Below, piece after piece: positions 18,874-28,814 of a DNA stretch of 64,000 bases. The position numbers and the translations under genes were made by a program. The notes below the pieces were generated by a model, which worked only from the letters and a program-made list of their open reading frames with translations, did not search any database and was not told where the DNA came from. This stretch comes from an uncultured Christensenella sp. (lineage in GTDB: Bacteria > Bacillota > Clostridia > Christensenellales > UBA3700), in contig CAJUBA010000001.1 in the NCBI GenBank assembly GCA_910584635.1, positions 264,454 to 328,453 of the forward strand. Reading direction: 5' to 3'. Numbering within the stretch: position 1 is the stretch's first letter; each line of letters begins with the position of its first letter.

Positions 18874-19608
18874 TTATTCGACAGGTTCCCACTTCCACCC
18901 GTTGTCTTTTAGGCGAATATATCCGCTGCTTTTGCCCAAAGCGCTTGTTTTATTTAGATAGTAATTATAGCATCCGATTACGCTCTCGTCTATATTCGAA
19001 GACACCGGCAGTTGCATTATAACTCCGCTGTTAGTCGTGAGATCTATAGTATCTTCCTTAACTTCCGCTTTAACAAAAAAGGTGCTGAATCTTTCATTGA
19101 TAAACGAGCATCTCTCCGCTCCTTTTACCATTTTCAGCAACAACCCGTTTCTATAACCCAACTCATGACCGAGCGTCAAAGTTTCGTCTTGCAAACCGAC
19201 CAGTTCAGTCAAAGAGTTGTCTTTAACGTCGGACATAGATATTACTTTCATTTCCCTATCCAAAATAGCGTACTCTCCATCCGCTGTTTTGCAACAGAAA
19301 ACGCCCGTCCTTCCGGTAACATATATCACTACTTTATTAGGGAATTTCCTTTCGATAGAAATAACTTTGAGCGACGGCTGATTGAGTTCAATATTATCGA
19401 TAGCGATTGATTCGTCGATAGAAAAAATATTTTTTCCTCTTTTTATTTCGCTCAACGCAATAATTTCCGTTTTTTGCTCGGCGGACAGCGTTATATCGTT
19501 GGTGGAGTTTACGTCAACTCCACCAATGGAAAATAATGTTCCCAACACCACCGCCAACACGACCGCCGACGCAATTACAGCCAAAATTACCCAAAGTCTT
19601 TTGTGCAT
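18874..19608 (-). CDS. divIB: Cell division protein DivIB/FtsQ (bitopic, POTRA-containing)
   Basis: Single N-terminal TM, a POTRA-like region, and position between the mur genes and ftsA. Confidence 0.75.
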   Translation of the reverse strand: MHKRLWVILAVIASAVVLAVVLGTLFSIGGVDVNSTNDITLSAEQKTEIIALSEIKRGKNIFSIDESIAIDNIELNQPSLKVISIERKFPNKVVIYVTGRTGVFCCKTADGEYAILDREMKVISMSDVKDNSLTELVGLQDETLTLGHELGYRNGLLLKMVKGAERCSFINERFSTFFVKAEVKEDTIDLTTNSGVIMQLPVSSNIDESVIGCYNYYLNKTSALGKSSGYIRLKDNGWKWEPVE

Positions 19609-19609
19609 T

Positions 19610-20860
19610 TCAAACCCTTCTTATATTTGCTCCCAACGCAGATAGGTCAAGCGACATATCTTCGTAACCTCTGTCGATATGATGGATATCTTTGACAACC
19701 GTTTCTCCGTATGCGACCAATCCCGCAAGCACGAGCGACGCGCCTCCTCTCAAATCGGTAGCGACAACTTCGCTGCCCGTGAGTTCCTTGACGCCTTTTA
19801 CTACCGCCACTCTGCCTTTAATCGTGATGTCCGCTCCGAGTTTTTTTAGTTCGCTTGCGGTTTTGAAACGGGTCTCGAAAATATTCTCGACTATTACGCT
19901 TGTTCCTCTCGATACCGTCTGCATTGCCATTATTTGAGATTGCAAGTCTGTCGGAAATCCCGGATAGTACATAGTTTCTATGCAATCCAGACTTTTTTGA
20001 CGTCCTTTGCTCTTGACTATTATTCTATCATTTTTCACATATATTTTGCAAGTGGTTTTAGACAATTTAGATATTAACGACGAGATATGTTCGCTGTTAA
20101 CATTTCGAAGTTCTACGTTGCCTCCGCACATAGCGGTTGCAATAAGGTATGTGCCGGCTACTATTCTGTCAGGTATAGGCGTATACTCTACGCCGTGAAG
20201 TTTATCTACTCCCTCGACTACTATAACGCTGCTTCCCGCGCCTTTGATTTTAGCGCCCATAGCGTTTAGAAATTTTTGCAAATCGACTATTTCCGGCTCT
20301 TTCGCGCAATTTCGTATTACGGTTTTGCCTTTAATAAATACGCTGGACATCATAAGATTTTCGGTAGCGCCTACGCTAGGCAAGTCAAGTACTACGTCCG
20401 CGCATCTTGCGTTTTGAGAATTGCAGATAATAAATCCGCCCTGTTCCTGTATGTCTATATTGAGTTCCTTCAATCCTGCTATATGTATATCTATCGGTCT
20501 TAAACCTATGTCGCATCCTCCCGGGTACGCTACTTTCGCTTTCTTTAATCGGGACAAAAGCGATCCCAACAAAAATATAGAAGACCTTAATTCTTTTGCG
20601 AGCGAACTAGGTATTTGCGAATTACATACGCCGCTACTGTCTACTATCAAATCTCTGTCATTGCGTATAATCTTACATCCAAGACCTTCAAGTATCTTTA
20701 TCATGCTGTCCACATCGCTTATATAAGGACAATCGTGCAATACTATAATTTCATCTGTCAAAATGCAGCCGGCAAGCAAAGGCAATATGCTGTTTTTTGC
20801 TCCGCGAATGTCTACGGTACCCTCCAACATCCGACCGCCATTTATTATGTATTCTTTCAT
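19610..20860 (-). CDS. murA: UDP-N-acetylglucosamine 1-carboxyvinyltransferase MurA
   Basis: GAKNSILPLLA, PGGCDIGLRPID (active-site Cys loop), HIDRGYE. ATG 20860 has a GGGAGAG SD. The track start at 20920 is a TTG extension overlapping ftsW. Confidence 0.9.
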   Translation of the reverse strand: MKEYIINGGRMLEGTVDIRGAKNSILPLLAGCILTDEIIVLHDCPYISDVDSMIKILEGLGCKIIRNDRDLIVDSSGVCNSQIPSSLAKELRSSIFLLGSLLSRLKKAKVAYPGGCDIGLRPIDIHIAGLKELNIDIQEQGGFIICNSQNARCADVVLDLPSVGATENLMMSSVFIKGKTVIRNCAKEPEIVDLQKFLNAMGAKIKGAGSSVIVVEGVDKLHGVEYTPIPDRIVAGTYLIATAMCGGNVELRNVNSEHISSLISKLSKTTCKIYVKNDRIIVKSKGRQKSLDCIETMYYPGFPTDLQSQIMAMQTVSRGTSVIVENIFETRFKTASELKKLGADITIKGRVAVVKGVKELTGSEVVATDLRGGASLVLAGLVAYGETVVKDIHHIDRGYEDMSLDLSALGANIRRV

Positions 20861-20916
20861 ATTTCTCTCCCATAAGTAATAAGCATAGGCATACTCCGCC
20901 AAGAATATGCTAAGTC

Positions 20917-22032
20917 TCAATACATTTTATGATTGAGATACCCGCATTGTGATTTAGAATCGATATTCTCCAAAATACCTATGCCTGCCATAAAACAAAC
21001 CAATGATGTGCCTCCGTTACTTATAAAAGGAAGAGGAATTCCCGTCGGCGGAATACTTCCCGAAACGACCGCGATATTGAGCAGCGTTTGCACCGCTATT
21101 ATCGCGGTAATTCCCGCCGCAAGATAACAATCGAATCTTGAAATCGCTCTCATAGAAATCTTTATACCGCAAACTATCAAGACAATGAATATAGACAAAA
21201 CCGCGATACAGCCTACCCATCCGAGTTCCTCGCCTATTACCGAAAGAATAAAGTCGCTTTCGGCAAACGTAAGAAACAGGTATTTCTGACGCGAGTTAAA
21301 AAGTCCCAGTCCGAAAAGTCCTCCGCTGCCAAGCGCGTAATACGACTGGATAAGTTGATACCCTTCTCCCAAAGGCGACGCCCACGGGTCGATAAAAGCC
21401 ATAAGTCTTTTTACTCTGTAAGGTTCGAGAAAAATCAAGCCAATCACGCCCAAAGCGACCGGTATAGCCATAATAAGAAAATGTTTGAGATTACATCCGC
21501 CGACAAACAGTAAAATAACAACAACCAATCCGACGCACATTGTTACCGACATATTTGGTTCGAGCATGATTAAAGCGCATACGGCGCTAGTCGCCAAAAG
21601 TACCGGCAACATATTCTTGAAAGTAAGCATGCTTTTCTTATCAAGACAAGACGCAATGAATATTACCAACGCAAACTTTGCCACGTCCGAAGGTTGCATT
21701 GTCGTAAATCCGAGATTTATCCATCTTTTCGCGCCATAGTTCTCCACCCCTATTTTAGGAACAAATACCAAAGCGAGAAGAACCAGAGAGATTCCCAAAA
21801 TCGGATAGCGAAATTTTTTAAGCCATTCGGTTTTGATAAATTTCAAAGCGTACAAAACTACCAATGCGAATACAAGCGCTATTGCCTGTTTTTTCACATA
21901 GTAAAACGCGTCGCCGAATTGTTTTTCCGCTCCGTAACTACTCGCGCTGTATTGCATGACAAGTCCGATAAGAGAAAGCAATAACGCGCACGCCACCAAT
22001 GTTTTATTGCGAATTGAAAACCTCTTGTTCAC
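20917..22032 (-). CDS. ftsW: SEDS-family peptidoglycan polymerase FtsW/SpoVE
   Basis: Polytopic. FAESDFILSVIGEELG and PLPFISNGGTS motifs. GTG start. I cannot distinguish FtsW from SpoVE. Confidence 0.85.
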   Translation of the reverse strand: MNKRFSIRNKTLVACALLLSLIGLVMQYSASSYGAEKQFGDAFYYVKKQAIALVFALVVLYALKFIKTEWLKKFRYPILGISLVLLALVFVPKIGVENYGAKRWINLGFTTMQPSDVAKFALVIFIASCLDKKSMLTFKNMLPVLLATSAVCALIMLEPNMSVTMCVGLVVVILLFVGGCNLKHFLIMAIPVALGVIGLIFLEPYRVKRLMAFIDPWASPLGEGYQLIQSYYALGSGGLFGLGLFNSRQKYLFLTFAESDFILSVIGEELGWVGCIAVLSIFIVLIVCGIKISMRAISRFDCYLAAGITAIIAVQTLLNIAVVSGSIPPTGIPLPFISNGGTSLVCFMAGIGILENIDSKSQCGYLNHKMY

Positions 22033-22045
22033 TTACTTACCCCGC

Positions 22046-23359
22046 TCAGTCTTTCATGTTGGCGACAATCATATCGAAATGTTCGCCTCGTTCCACGTAA
22101 CTTGAATACCTATCAAAACTCGAAGTTGTAGGAGAAAACAAAACGTTTTTAACGGACTTTTGAACGGCAAGTTCCACCGCTCTTTCCAAAGACGATGTTA
22201 TCTCAAAAGTATATTCGTGATATGACGGAAGAAATTGCATAATGGAATAAACGTTGTCGCCCGTAGCAATTATATGTTTAATTGTATCGGGTAAATTAGT
22301 GAAAAATCCGTCGTACGCGATTCCTTTGTCATAACCTCCGACAATAAGCGCGGTTTCTCCGTTCATTGAATTGCACGCTTTTATTGCGCTGTCGATATTT
22401 GTCGCTTTGGAATCATTGAAAAAATCTACTCCATTTACAGAACCGATATATTCGTTGCGGTATCTGGGAAGACGGAAGTCGGCTATCGCGCTTTTTATAT
22501 ATGTATCGTCTATTCCTATCAACTTGCATGCAAGTATTGCCGTCATAACGTTTTGATAATTGTACTCGCCCTTAAGCGGTATATCCTCTATGCTCATAAA
22601 TTCGTAGGCTTCATCGATATTCAATACAATCTTTCCGTTTGAAAGATAAGCGCCTTTTACTTCCGTCTTTGCGCTGGTAAAAAATACTTCTCCGTAAATA
22701 TCGTCGTAAAAATCTCTGACTATTGTATCGTCGTAATTGAGTATAGCGCAATCGCCTATCCCTTGATTTATAAAAATATTGAATTTCGCCATCGCATAAT
22801 TTTCCAAACTTTTATGTCTTTCGAGATGGTCGGGCGTAATATTAAGACAAGCCGAAATTCTCGGTCTGAACTGTTTTATACTTTCTAATTGAAAAGAAGA
22901 AACTTCCAACACAGCGATTTCGTCTTCCGCTATTTTATCGGCGTGAGCGCAAAATGACTCGCCTATATTTCCAAGCGCGTAAGCCTTTTTCGCGCCTGCG
23001 TTTATAATTTCATTGATAAGTTTTGTTGTAGTCGTTTTGCCGTTTGTACCCGTTATCGCAATTATTCCGCCTTTGCAATAGCGGTATCCCAATTCAATCT
23101 CTCCTATTACAGGCACATTGAATCTTTTTGCGTACTCTACAATTTTGTGAGAATTCTCAATACTTGGGCTGACAACTACTATATCCTTGTCCGCCACCGC
23201 TTCAAATTCGCTTGCATTACTTACGTCTTTTAATTGCGGATATCCCGAAATATCAATCGATGTATCAGAAAATACGCTAACCTCCATACCCTGACGCAAC
23301 AAAAGTTGCGCGGCGCCTCTTCCGCTAACGCCGAAACCGACAACAAGAGCCTTTTCCAT
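22046..23359 (-). CDS. murD: UDP-N-acetylmuramoylalanine--D-glutamate ligase MurD
   Basis: GFGVSGRGAA, GTNGKTTT P-loop, and position between mraY and ftsW. Confidence 0.9.
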   Translation of the reverse strand: MEKALVVGFGVSGRGAAQLLLRQGMEVSVFSDTSIDISGYPQLKDVSNASEFEAVADKDIVVVSPSIENSHKIVEYAKRFNVPVIGEIELGYRYCKGGIIAITGTNGKTTTTKLINEIINAGAKKAYALGNIGESFCAHADKIAEDEIAVLEVSSFQLESIKQFRPRISACLNITPDHLERHKSLENYAMAKFNIFINQGIGDCAILNYDDTIVRDFYDDIYGEVFFTSAKTEVKGAYLSNGKIVLNIDEAYEFMSIEDIPLKGEYNYQNVMTAILACKLIGIDDTYIKSAIADFRLPRYRNEYIGSVNGVDFFNDSKATNIDSAIKACNSMNGETALIVGGYDKGIAYDGFFTNLPDTIKHIIATGDNVYSIMQFLPSYHEYTFEITSSLERAVELAVQKSVKNVLFSPTTSSFDRYSSYVERGEHFDMIVANMKD

Positions 23360-23367
23360 TTTGCCTC

Positions 23368-24375
23368 CTATACGAGGACAGAAATCAACGCAACTCCGCT
23401 CATAATAAAAGTTACTATGGCATAAAACCCTACAACTCTGTTCTCGTGAATACCTTTATACTCCAAATGATGATGATAAGGCGCAATAAGAAAGATTCTC
23501 TTTTTTCTAACCTTAAAACTAATCACCTGCAATATTACTGATATGCACGAAACTATATACATTATGCCTATAAACAAAAGAATAAGAGGTTGAGATATAA
23601 AAATCGCTATGCAAGTCAACGCTCCGCCTATTGCCAACGACCCTGTATCTCCCATAAATATTTTTGCGGGATAATTGTTGTGCCAAATAAAAGCAAGCAT
23701 TGCGCCAAGCAAAGCGCAAACAAAATATTCCAAAGATATTAGTTGATAGGAATAAAACGTATCCCCCAATTTCGACGCGGACACGTAAGCGACATATACT
23801 ATCACAGCCAAAAAGACCAAATTAACTGACGATGTTTTTCCTACCAATCCGTCTAAACCGTCAGTCAAATTGACGGCGTTGGTCATAGCAAGATAAACAA
23901 AAAGACAAAGCGGAACAAACCACCATTGCAAATCTACAACCTTGTCAGTAAACGGCAGTTCTATAGTCGAACCTATAAACGCGTTTTTATAACAGTAGAT
24001 AGACGCGATAATGCCTATGCCGAACTGTCCTATTATTTTCTGATACGCCTTTAATCCTTTATTGTGTTTGAATTTGACTTTAATAAAATCGTCGAGCAAA
24101 CCTATAAGACCGTAACTCAAAGTTACCGCCATCGCTACGATTCCCATCTTTTCGCCGTTGATACTGAACAATATCGTAATAATAGCCATTGGCAGTAAAA
24201 ATATAATACCGCCCATTGTCGGAGTTCCGCTCTTTCCTTCATGCTTGTCCACGTATTCAAGTATCGGTTGCCCCGCTTTCAGCGCTTTCATCATCCTTAT
24301 AATCAAGGGCGAAAGCGCCATTGCCAAAACAAACGACGATATGATCGCAAGTATAATTTTTATTTCTTCGCTCAT
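23368..24375 (-). CDS. mraY: Phospho-N-acetylmuramoyl-pentapeptide transferase MraY
   Basis: GTPTMGG, NAVNLTDGLDGL, MGDTGSLAIGG, APYHHHLE. Confidence 0.95.
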   Translation of the reverse strand: MSEEIKIILAIISSFVLAMALSPLIIRMMKALKAGQPILEYVDKHEGKSGTPTMGGIIFLLPMAIITILFSINGEKMGIVAMAVTLSYGLIGLLDDFIKVKFKHNKGLKAYQKIIGQFGIGIIASIYCYKNAFIGSTIELPFTDKVVDLQWWFVPLCLFVYLAMTNAVNLTDGLDGLVGKTSSVNLVFLAVIVYVAYVSASKLGDTFYSYQLISLEYFVCALLGAMLAFIWHNNYPAKIFMGDTGSLAIGGALTCIAIFISQPLILLFIGIMYIVSCISVILQVISFKVRKKRIFLIAPYHHHLEYKGIHENRVVGFYAIVTFIMSGVALISVLV

Positions 24376-24388
24376 TTTATCTCCTCAA

Positions 24389-25825
24389 TCAGCCCAACCA
24401 CCTTCTGACTTCCTGCATATCGCTGTAAGGGATTTTTATATTGTTTTCATCTATGTAGTTTTCGCTGCCTTTACCTGCGATAAAAACTATATCTCCTTCG
24501 TCGGCAAGTTCGATTCCCAATTTAATCGCTTTCGCTCTATCAAGTTCTACGTACAGTTTCCCTCTCGGATTTACGCCTTGAAGAATATCTCCGGCAATAC
24601 CTTCTCTGCTTTCTGTGCGAGGATTGTCGGAAGTTACGATAACTATATCGCTCATTTCGCTTGCTATCTTACCCATAATAGGACGTTTAGTTACGTCCCT
24701 ATCGCCGCCGCAACCGAAGATTGTAATAACTCTTTTGTCCGTCATTTCCCTGCCTTCTTTCAAAAGGTTAAAGATTCCGTCGGGAGTATGCGCAAAATCC
24801 ACTACGTAGGTTATACCCTCTTTTCTAACAACGTTAAATCTACCGTCGGGAGCGTCTATCTCCCTTAACGTCTGCATGATCTGAGCGTTGCTCAAACCCA
24901 CTTTTTTCACTGCTACCAACGCTCCGAGCAAATTATATATATTAAATTTGCCAAAGAATTTGCAGTCGATATCCAATATATCGTCTAAGACGTTAGCCAC
25001 AAAAGATTCCCCCCGCGACGTCTGCGTTATGTTTATTGCGAACGCGTCGCTGGGATTGTCAAGTCCGTAAGTAATTATCGGCAATTTTTCCTCTTTTATA
25101 ATTTCCAACCCCAACGGGTCGTCTACGTTTACTATTGCAAGACGTGTATTTTTTTTGTCAAAATAACTCTTTTTACATCTACCGTACTCATTCATGTTCC
25201 CGAAAAAGTCCAAATGATCTTGCGACAGATTTGTAAATATACTCATTTCGCTCTTTACTCCGTACAACTTATTTAGATAAATAGCATGCGCGGAAAGTTC
25301 CATAACCACGTACTCAACTCCGCTCGCAAGCATTTTTGCAAAAAGTTCCTGCAACGCTATCGGATCGGGCGTAGTGAGATTAGACGAAAGTCTTACCCCG
25401 TTATATTCGTAATACATTGTTCCTATCAAACCGCAGGAAATGCCGTTGCGTTCTAAAAGTTCCTTTACTATGTACGCCGTTGTCGATTTTCCGTTTGTGC
25501 CGACTACAGTAATAATTTTGAGTTTTTCGGACGGATTGCCGTAATAATTGCTCGCTATTACGCTATACGCCTTTCGCGTGTCGTCTACTTTTATAACAGT
25601 AGCAAGCGAATTGGCGTAATCGTTACAGCATATAACCGCGCGCGCTCCCCTCGCTATTGCCTCGTTGGCAAAATTATGTCCGTCCGAACGACTTCCCACA
25701 AGACATATAAAGCAATCGCCTTCGTTTACGTCTTTGGAATTTATTTTTATTTGGTCAATTTGAATATCCGTTTCTCCGCTGATACTCGCCACGTCGCATC
25801 TTTCCAGCAATTTACTCAGTAACAT
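24389..25825 (-). CDS. murE: UDP-MurNAc-L-Ala-D-Glu--2,6-diaminopimelate ligase MurE
   Basis: GTNGKSTT P-loop. The DNPR motif (VTSDNPRTE) is characteristic of meso-DAP-adding enzymes. Confidence 0.9.
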   Translation of the reverse strand: MLLSKLLERCDVASISGETDIQIDQIKINSKDVNEGDCFICLVGSRSDGHNFANEAIARGARAVICCNDYANSLATVIKVDDTRKAYSVIASNYYGNPSEKLKIITVVGTNGKSTTAYIVKELLERNGISCGLIGTMYYEYNGVRLSSNLTTPDPIALQELFAKMLASGVEYVVMELSAHAIYLNKLYGVKSEMSIFTNLSQDHLDFFGNMNEYGRCKKSYFDKKNTRLAIVNVDDPLGLEIIKEEKLPIITYGLDNPSDAFAINITQTSRGESFVANVLDDILDIDCKFFGKFNIYNLLGALVAVKKVGLSNAQIMQTLREIDAPDGRFNVVRKEGITYVVDFAHTPDGIFNLLKEGREMTDKRVITIFGCGGDRDVTKRPIMGKIASEMSDIVIVTSDNPRTESREGIAGDILQGVNPRGKLYVELDRAKAIKLGIELADEGDIVFIAGKGSENYIDENNIKIPYSDMQEVRRWLG

Positions 25826-25956
25826 AACAACTCCTTTTATTTACGCGCTTGTTTATATTATAATAATATAAGCATATTTGACTTTCAATACCTTTAACAA
25901 TCTTCGACATTATAGACGCATAATAGAACAATTTATCATTTTCTAACGTTATACCG

Positions 25957-27858
25957 TTATTCTGTCGAGAAAAATACAACGGCATTCGAACGCACTTTTT
26001 GACCCGCTACCGGGAATTGATAAGATACTCTTCCGCCTTCGCCGGCAAATTCATAATCCAATCCCGCTTTTTTCAAAGCGACGGACGCTTCCGCTATTGA
26101 CATTCCCAAAAGATCGGGCATATCTATTTCGTTATATGCGGGTTCTTCTCCCTCTTTGTATGTCGGTTTGATATTTTTATAGGCAAAAATACTGGAAAAC
26201 AGTTTTCCGACAAACGGCGCGGCAACTATGCTGCCATAATAAGCGTAACCTTGCGGTTCGTCAACAAGCAACAGACAAACCAAAGTATCGTCGCCGACGT
26301 CTGTAAATCCCAAAAACGAAGATATATATTTACCCTGAGCAATCGCTCCGTTTTCGTATTTCTGCGCGGTTCCCGTTTTACCGCCGATGTCATATCCCGC
26401 GACGTAAGCGTTTTTTCCGCCGCCTTCGGAAACTACCGAATACAAATACTTTTTCATTATTTCAGACGTACTTTCGCTAACGGTTTTATTCTTAACCGTC
26501 GAAGTATGCGAATAAGCGGTGTTTCCGTTTACGTCTACTATCTTATCTACAACGTAAGGAGTATATAAATTACCGCCGTTAACTACCGAACATACTGCGC
26601 TTGCCAACTGAATCGGAGTTACCGCAATAGCCTGCCCGAAACCTATTCTCGCAATATCTACGTTCTGAACTCTGTCAACGTTAAGCATAATTCCGCCCGC
26701 TTCTCCGCTTATGTCAACGCCTGTTTTTGCGCCTATTCCGAATTTACCGAAATAGTCGTACATAGTGTTTTTGCCTACGCTCAAAGCAATGTCCATAAAT
26801 ACGCAGTTACATGAATTTTGAATGCCTTGCTGAAAGTTTTGACTTCCGTGTCCTATGCTTCTCCAACATTTTATACGCTGACCGTCGACGGTAGCGCTAC
26901 CGCCGCAATAGTAAGAGTTTTTTATCGCATTCTGCTCCAATCCTATTGCGGAAGTTAAAATTTTGAAAGTCGAACCCGGCTCATACACGTCGTTGACGAG
27001 CAAATTTCTAGAACCTTTCAACAATAAATCCATATTGTCGCGCGGAATATCGTTCAAATCGTAAGTTGGCGCGCTAGCCATTGCCATAACCGCTCCGGTG
27101 TTCGCGCTCATAATTATGCAACTTGCGGAATTGGAATTGTAAATTTTTTGCGCGTCTTCTACTGCTTTTTGCGCAAAATTTTGCATATAATAATCTATCG
27201 TCAAATGCGTAGTCATGCCTTTTACTGAATCAACGTAAGTCGTAACGTTAGACGAAAGTTTTTTACCTACAAGGTCTGTTTGGGTATAAGATGCGCCGTT
27301 TATGCCTTTGAGATAATCGTCGTAATAAAGTTCCACTCCGCTTTGCCCAACTCCGTCGCTGTTTGTGAATCCCAAAACTTGAGTAAGAAAATTTCCATAA
27401 GTATAATATCTTTCGCTATTGGCGGTCAGATACAAGCCGTCAACGTCCGTTGATATTAGCGAAAGCATTTGCGATTTAGTAAGATTTTTTGCTACCGTTA
27501 TTTCGCTGACACCCTTTTTGGATAGTTTTTCAGACAGTTTATCTCTATCTATGTTCAAAATGTCGGCGATTGCTGAGGCAATATAGTTGATATCCTTCAT
27601 TTCATTTGGACGGGCATAAAGAGTATAACTAGTACTGCTTTTTGCCAAAACCACACCGTTGGCATCGACAATATCTCCTCTGTCCGCCCTAAACGGCAAC
27701 TCTCTCGTCCACTGATCGTACGCGCGATATTGCAACGTTTCCCCCCAAAGAATTTGAAGATAGAAAAGTCTGCAAAACAACAACGCAAACACAAATACTA
27801 TCAGAATCAAACTGACAAGCAATTTTTTCTTTATACTGAAATGAGATATTTTTTCCAA
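25957..27858 (-). CDS. Class B penicillin-binding protein (SpoVD/FtsI-like) with one C-terminal PASTA domain
   Basis: STFK, SCN and KTGT active-site triad, an N-terminal TM, and a C-terminal PASTA-like IDMPDLLGMSIAEA...GLDYE. The track start is TTG 27879. TTG 27858 is better placed, 9 nt after a GGAGGA SD. Confidence 0.85.
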   Translation of the reverse strand: MEKISHFSIKKKLLVSLILIVFVFALLFCRLFYLQILWGETLQYRAYDQWTRELPFRADRGDIVDANGVVLAKSSTSYTLYARPNEMKDINYIASAIADILNIDRDKLSEKLSKKGVSEITVAKNLTKSQMLSLISTDVDGLYLTANSERYYTYGNFLTQVLGFTNSDGVGQSGVELYYDDYLKGINGASYTQTDLVGKKLSSNVTTYVDSVKGMTTHLTIDYYMQNFAQKAVEDAQKIYNSNSASCIIMSANTGAVMAMASAPTYDLNDIPRDNMDLLLKGSRNLLVNDVYEPGSTFKILTSAIGLEQNAIKNSYYCGGSATVDGQRIKCWRSIGHGSQNFQQGIQNSCNCVFMDIALSVGKNTMYDYFGKFGIGAKTGVDISGEAGGIMLNVDRVQNVDIARIGFGQAIAVTPIQLASAVCSVVNGGNLYTPYVVDKIVDVNGNTAYSHTSTVKNKTVSESTSEIMKKYLYSVVSEGGGKNAYVAGYDIGGKTGTAQKYENGAIAQGKYISSFLGFTDVGDDTLVCLLLVDEPQGYAYYGSIVAAPFVGKLFSSIFAYKNIKPTYKEGEEPAYNEIDMPDLLGMSIAEASVALKKAGLDYEFAGEGGRVSYQFPVAGQKVRSNAVVFFSTE

Positions 27859-27871
27859 TGAAATACTTCCT

Positions 27872-27905
27872 CCGCTCAATACTCTACAAATATACTATTG
27901 AGCGG
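27872..27905 (-). other. 10-bp stem-loop whose 3' arm overlaps the PBP Shine-Dalgarno
   Basis: Minus strand reads CCGCTCAATA-14 nt-TATTGAGCGG, immediately continuing as GAGGAAGT. There is no U-tract, so it is not a canonical terminator. Confidence 0.4.
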
Positions 27906-27941
27906 ATAGAAGAATTATTCTGAATAAATAAAAGGTATAGT

Positions 27942-28700
27942 CTAAACTTTTTTCAAAACTTTACCGTTGTCGAAAAACTTATAAGTATAGAAATTACCCT
28001 GTTCGTTTACAAACACGTCGTTCCTATTTTCAATATACCAAACGCTATAAAAATAATTTTTGTGAATCAAATCCAAATTATTTTTCACATTAAGTATCAG
28101 CGAATCGTATATTTGATTATTACTTAGAATAGGAAAATCTTTGAGTATTTCATGATCGAAAACCGTCCTGATTATACTCCATCCTTTGGAATCGGCTATA
28201 TTAAAAGGACGAAATCCAAAATTCAAATACAGTCTTACCGCAACCGGACTTTGAGTTTGAGTACGCAACAAAATTTTGTCATGCCCCAATTCGCTCGCTA
28301 ATTTTACGGTACGCGACAACAACGACTTTGATAGTTTCCTTCCTTGATAATCTCTGTGAACAGCAAACCAATCAACAACGCATCCGTATCCGAATTCATT
28401 TGACGGAGAAACTGTCGACGTAGCAATTTTGTTACCGCTCTCGTCTGCGATAAAAAAACATCTCTTGGGTAATTCTTTATAAAATTTATCATAAAACTCA
28501 TGAAAAATTTCGCGAGCCTCGCTTAACGACGCAAACTCTCCCGAATTAAGATGAATATCTATCCAACTTTCAATATCAGAATCTCTCTCCCAAAATATAA
28601 ATTTGTAACCTTTTGGCAAAGCGTAATCTTCAATCTCTGAAAAGGAATTCAACGTCATTATCAATTCATGATACTCTATTGTTTTTTCTATCGTATTCAT
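27942..28700 (-). CDS. GNAT-domain acetyltransferase inserted in the dcw cluster
   Basis: Acetyl-CoA binding-type segment VHRDYQGRKLSKSLL...LYLNFGF. No SD. Confidence 0.7.
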   Translation of the reverse strand: MNTIEKTIEYHELIMTLNSFSEIEDYALPKGYKFIFWERDSDIESWIDIHLNSGEFASLSEAREIFHEFYDKFYKELPKRCFFIADESGNKIATSTVSPSNEFGYGCVVDWFAVHRDYQGRKLSKSLLSRTVKLASELGHDKILLRTQTQSPVAVRLYLNFGFRPFNIADSKGWSIIRTVFDHEILKDFPILSNNQIYDSLILNVKNNLDLIHKNYFYSVWYIENRNDVFVNEQGNFYTYKFFDNGKVLKKV

Positions 28701-28709
28701 ATTTTTTTT

Positions 28710-28738
28710 ATTATAACATTAAAATTTTTATCTTGCAA
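28710..28738 (-). promoter_or_regulatory. SigA-type promoter directly abutting the GNAT start (TTGCAA-17-TATAAT, 9 nt to the ATG)
   Basis: TTGCAA at 28733-28738, TATAAT (plus ATTATA) at 28710-28715, ATG at 28700. Confidence 0.5.
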
Positions 28739-28752
28739 TATTCATATAATAC

Positions 28753-28778
28753 AAAAAGACGGCAGTCGCCGTCCTTTT
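28753..28778 (-). terminator. Rho-independent terminator after the FtsL-slot gene
   Basis: Minus strand reads GACGGC-gact-GCCGTC followed by TTTTT. Confidence 0.65.
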
Positions 28779-28814
28779 GTAGTTAAATATATTAAGATGG
28801 AGTGTGTGAAAGTC

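Noticed and set aside
19610-25825. Absence of murF, murG and murB from the dcw cluster, and presence of murA, as an anomaly
   Set aside because: The mur gene content of dcw clusters varies widely among Firmicutes, and the missing genes are commonly encoded elsewhere. Nothing in the sequence suggests deletion scars.
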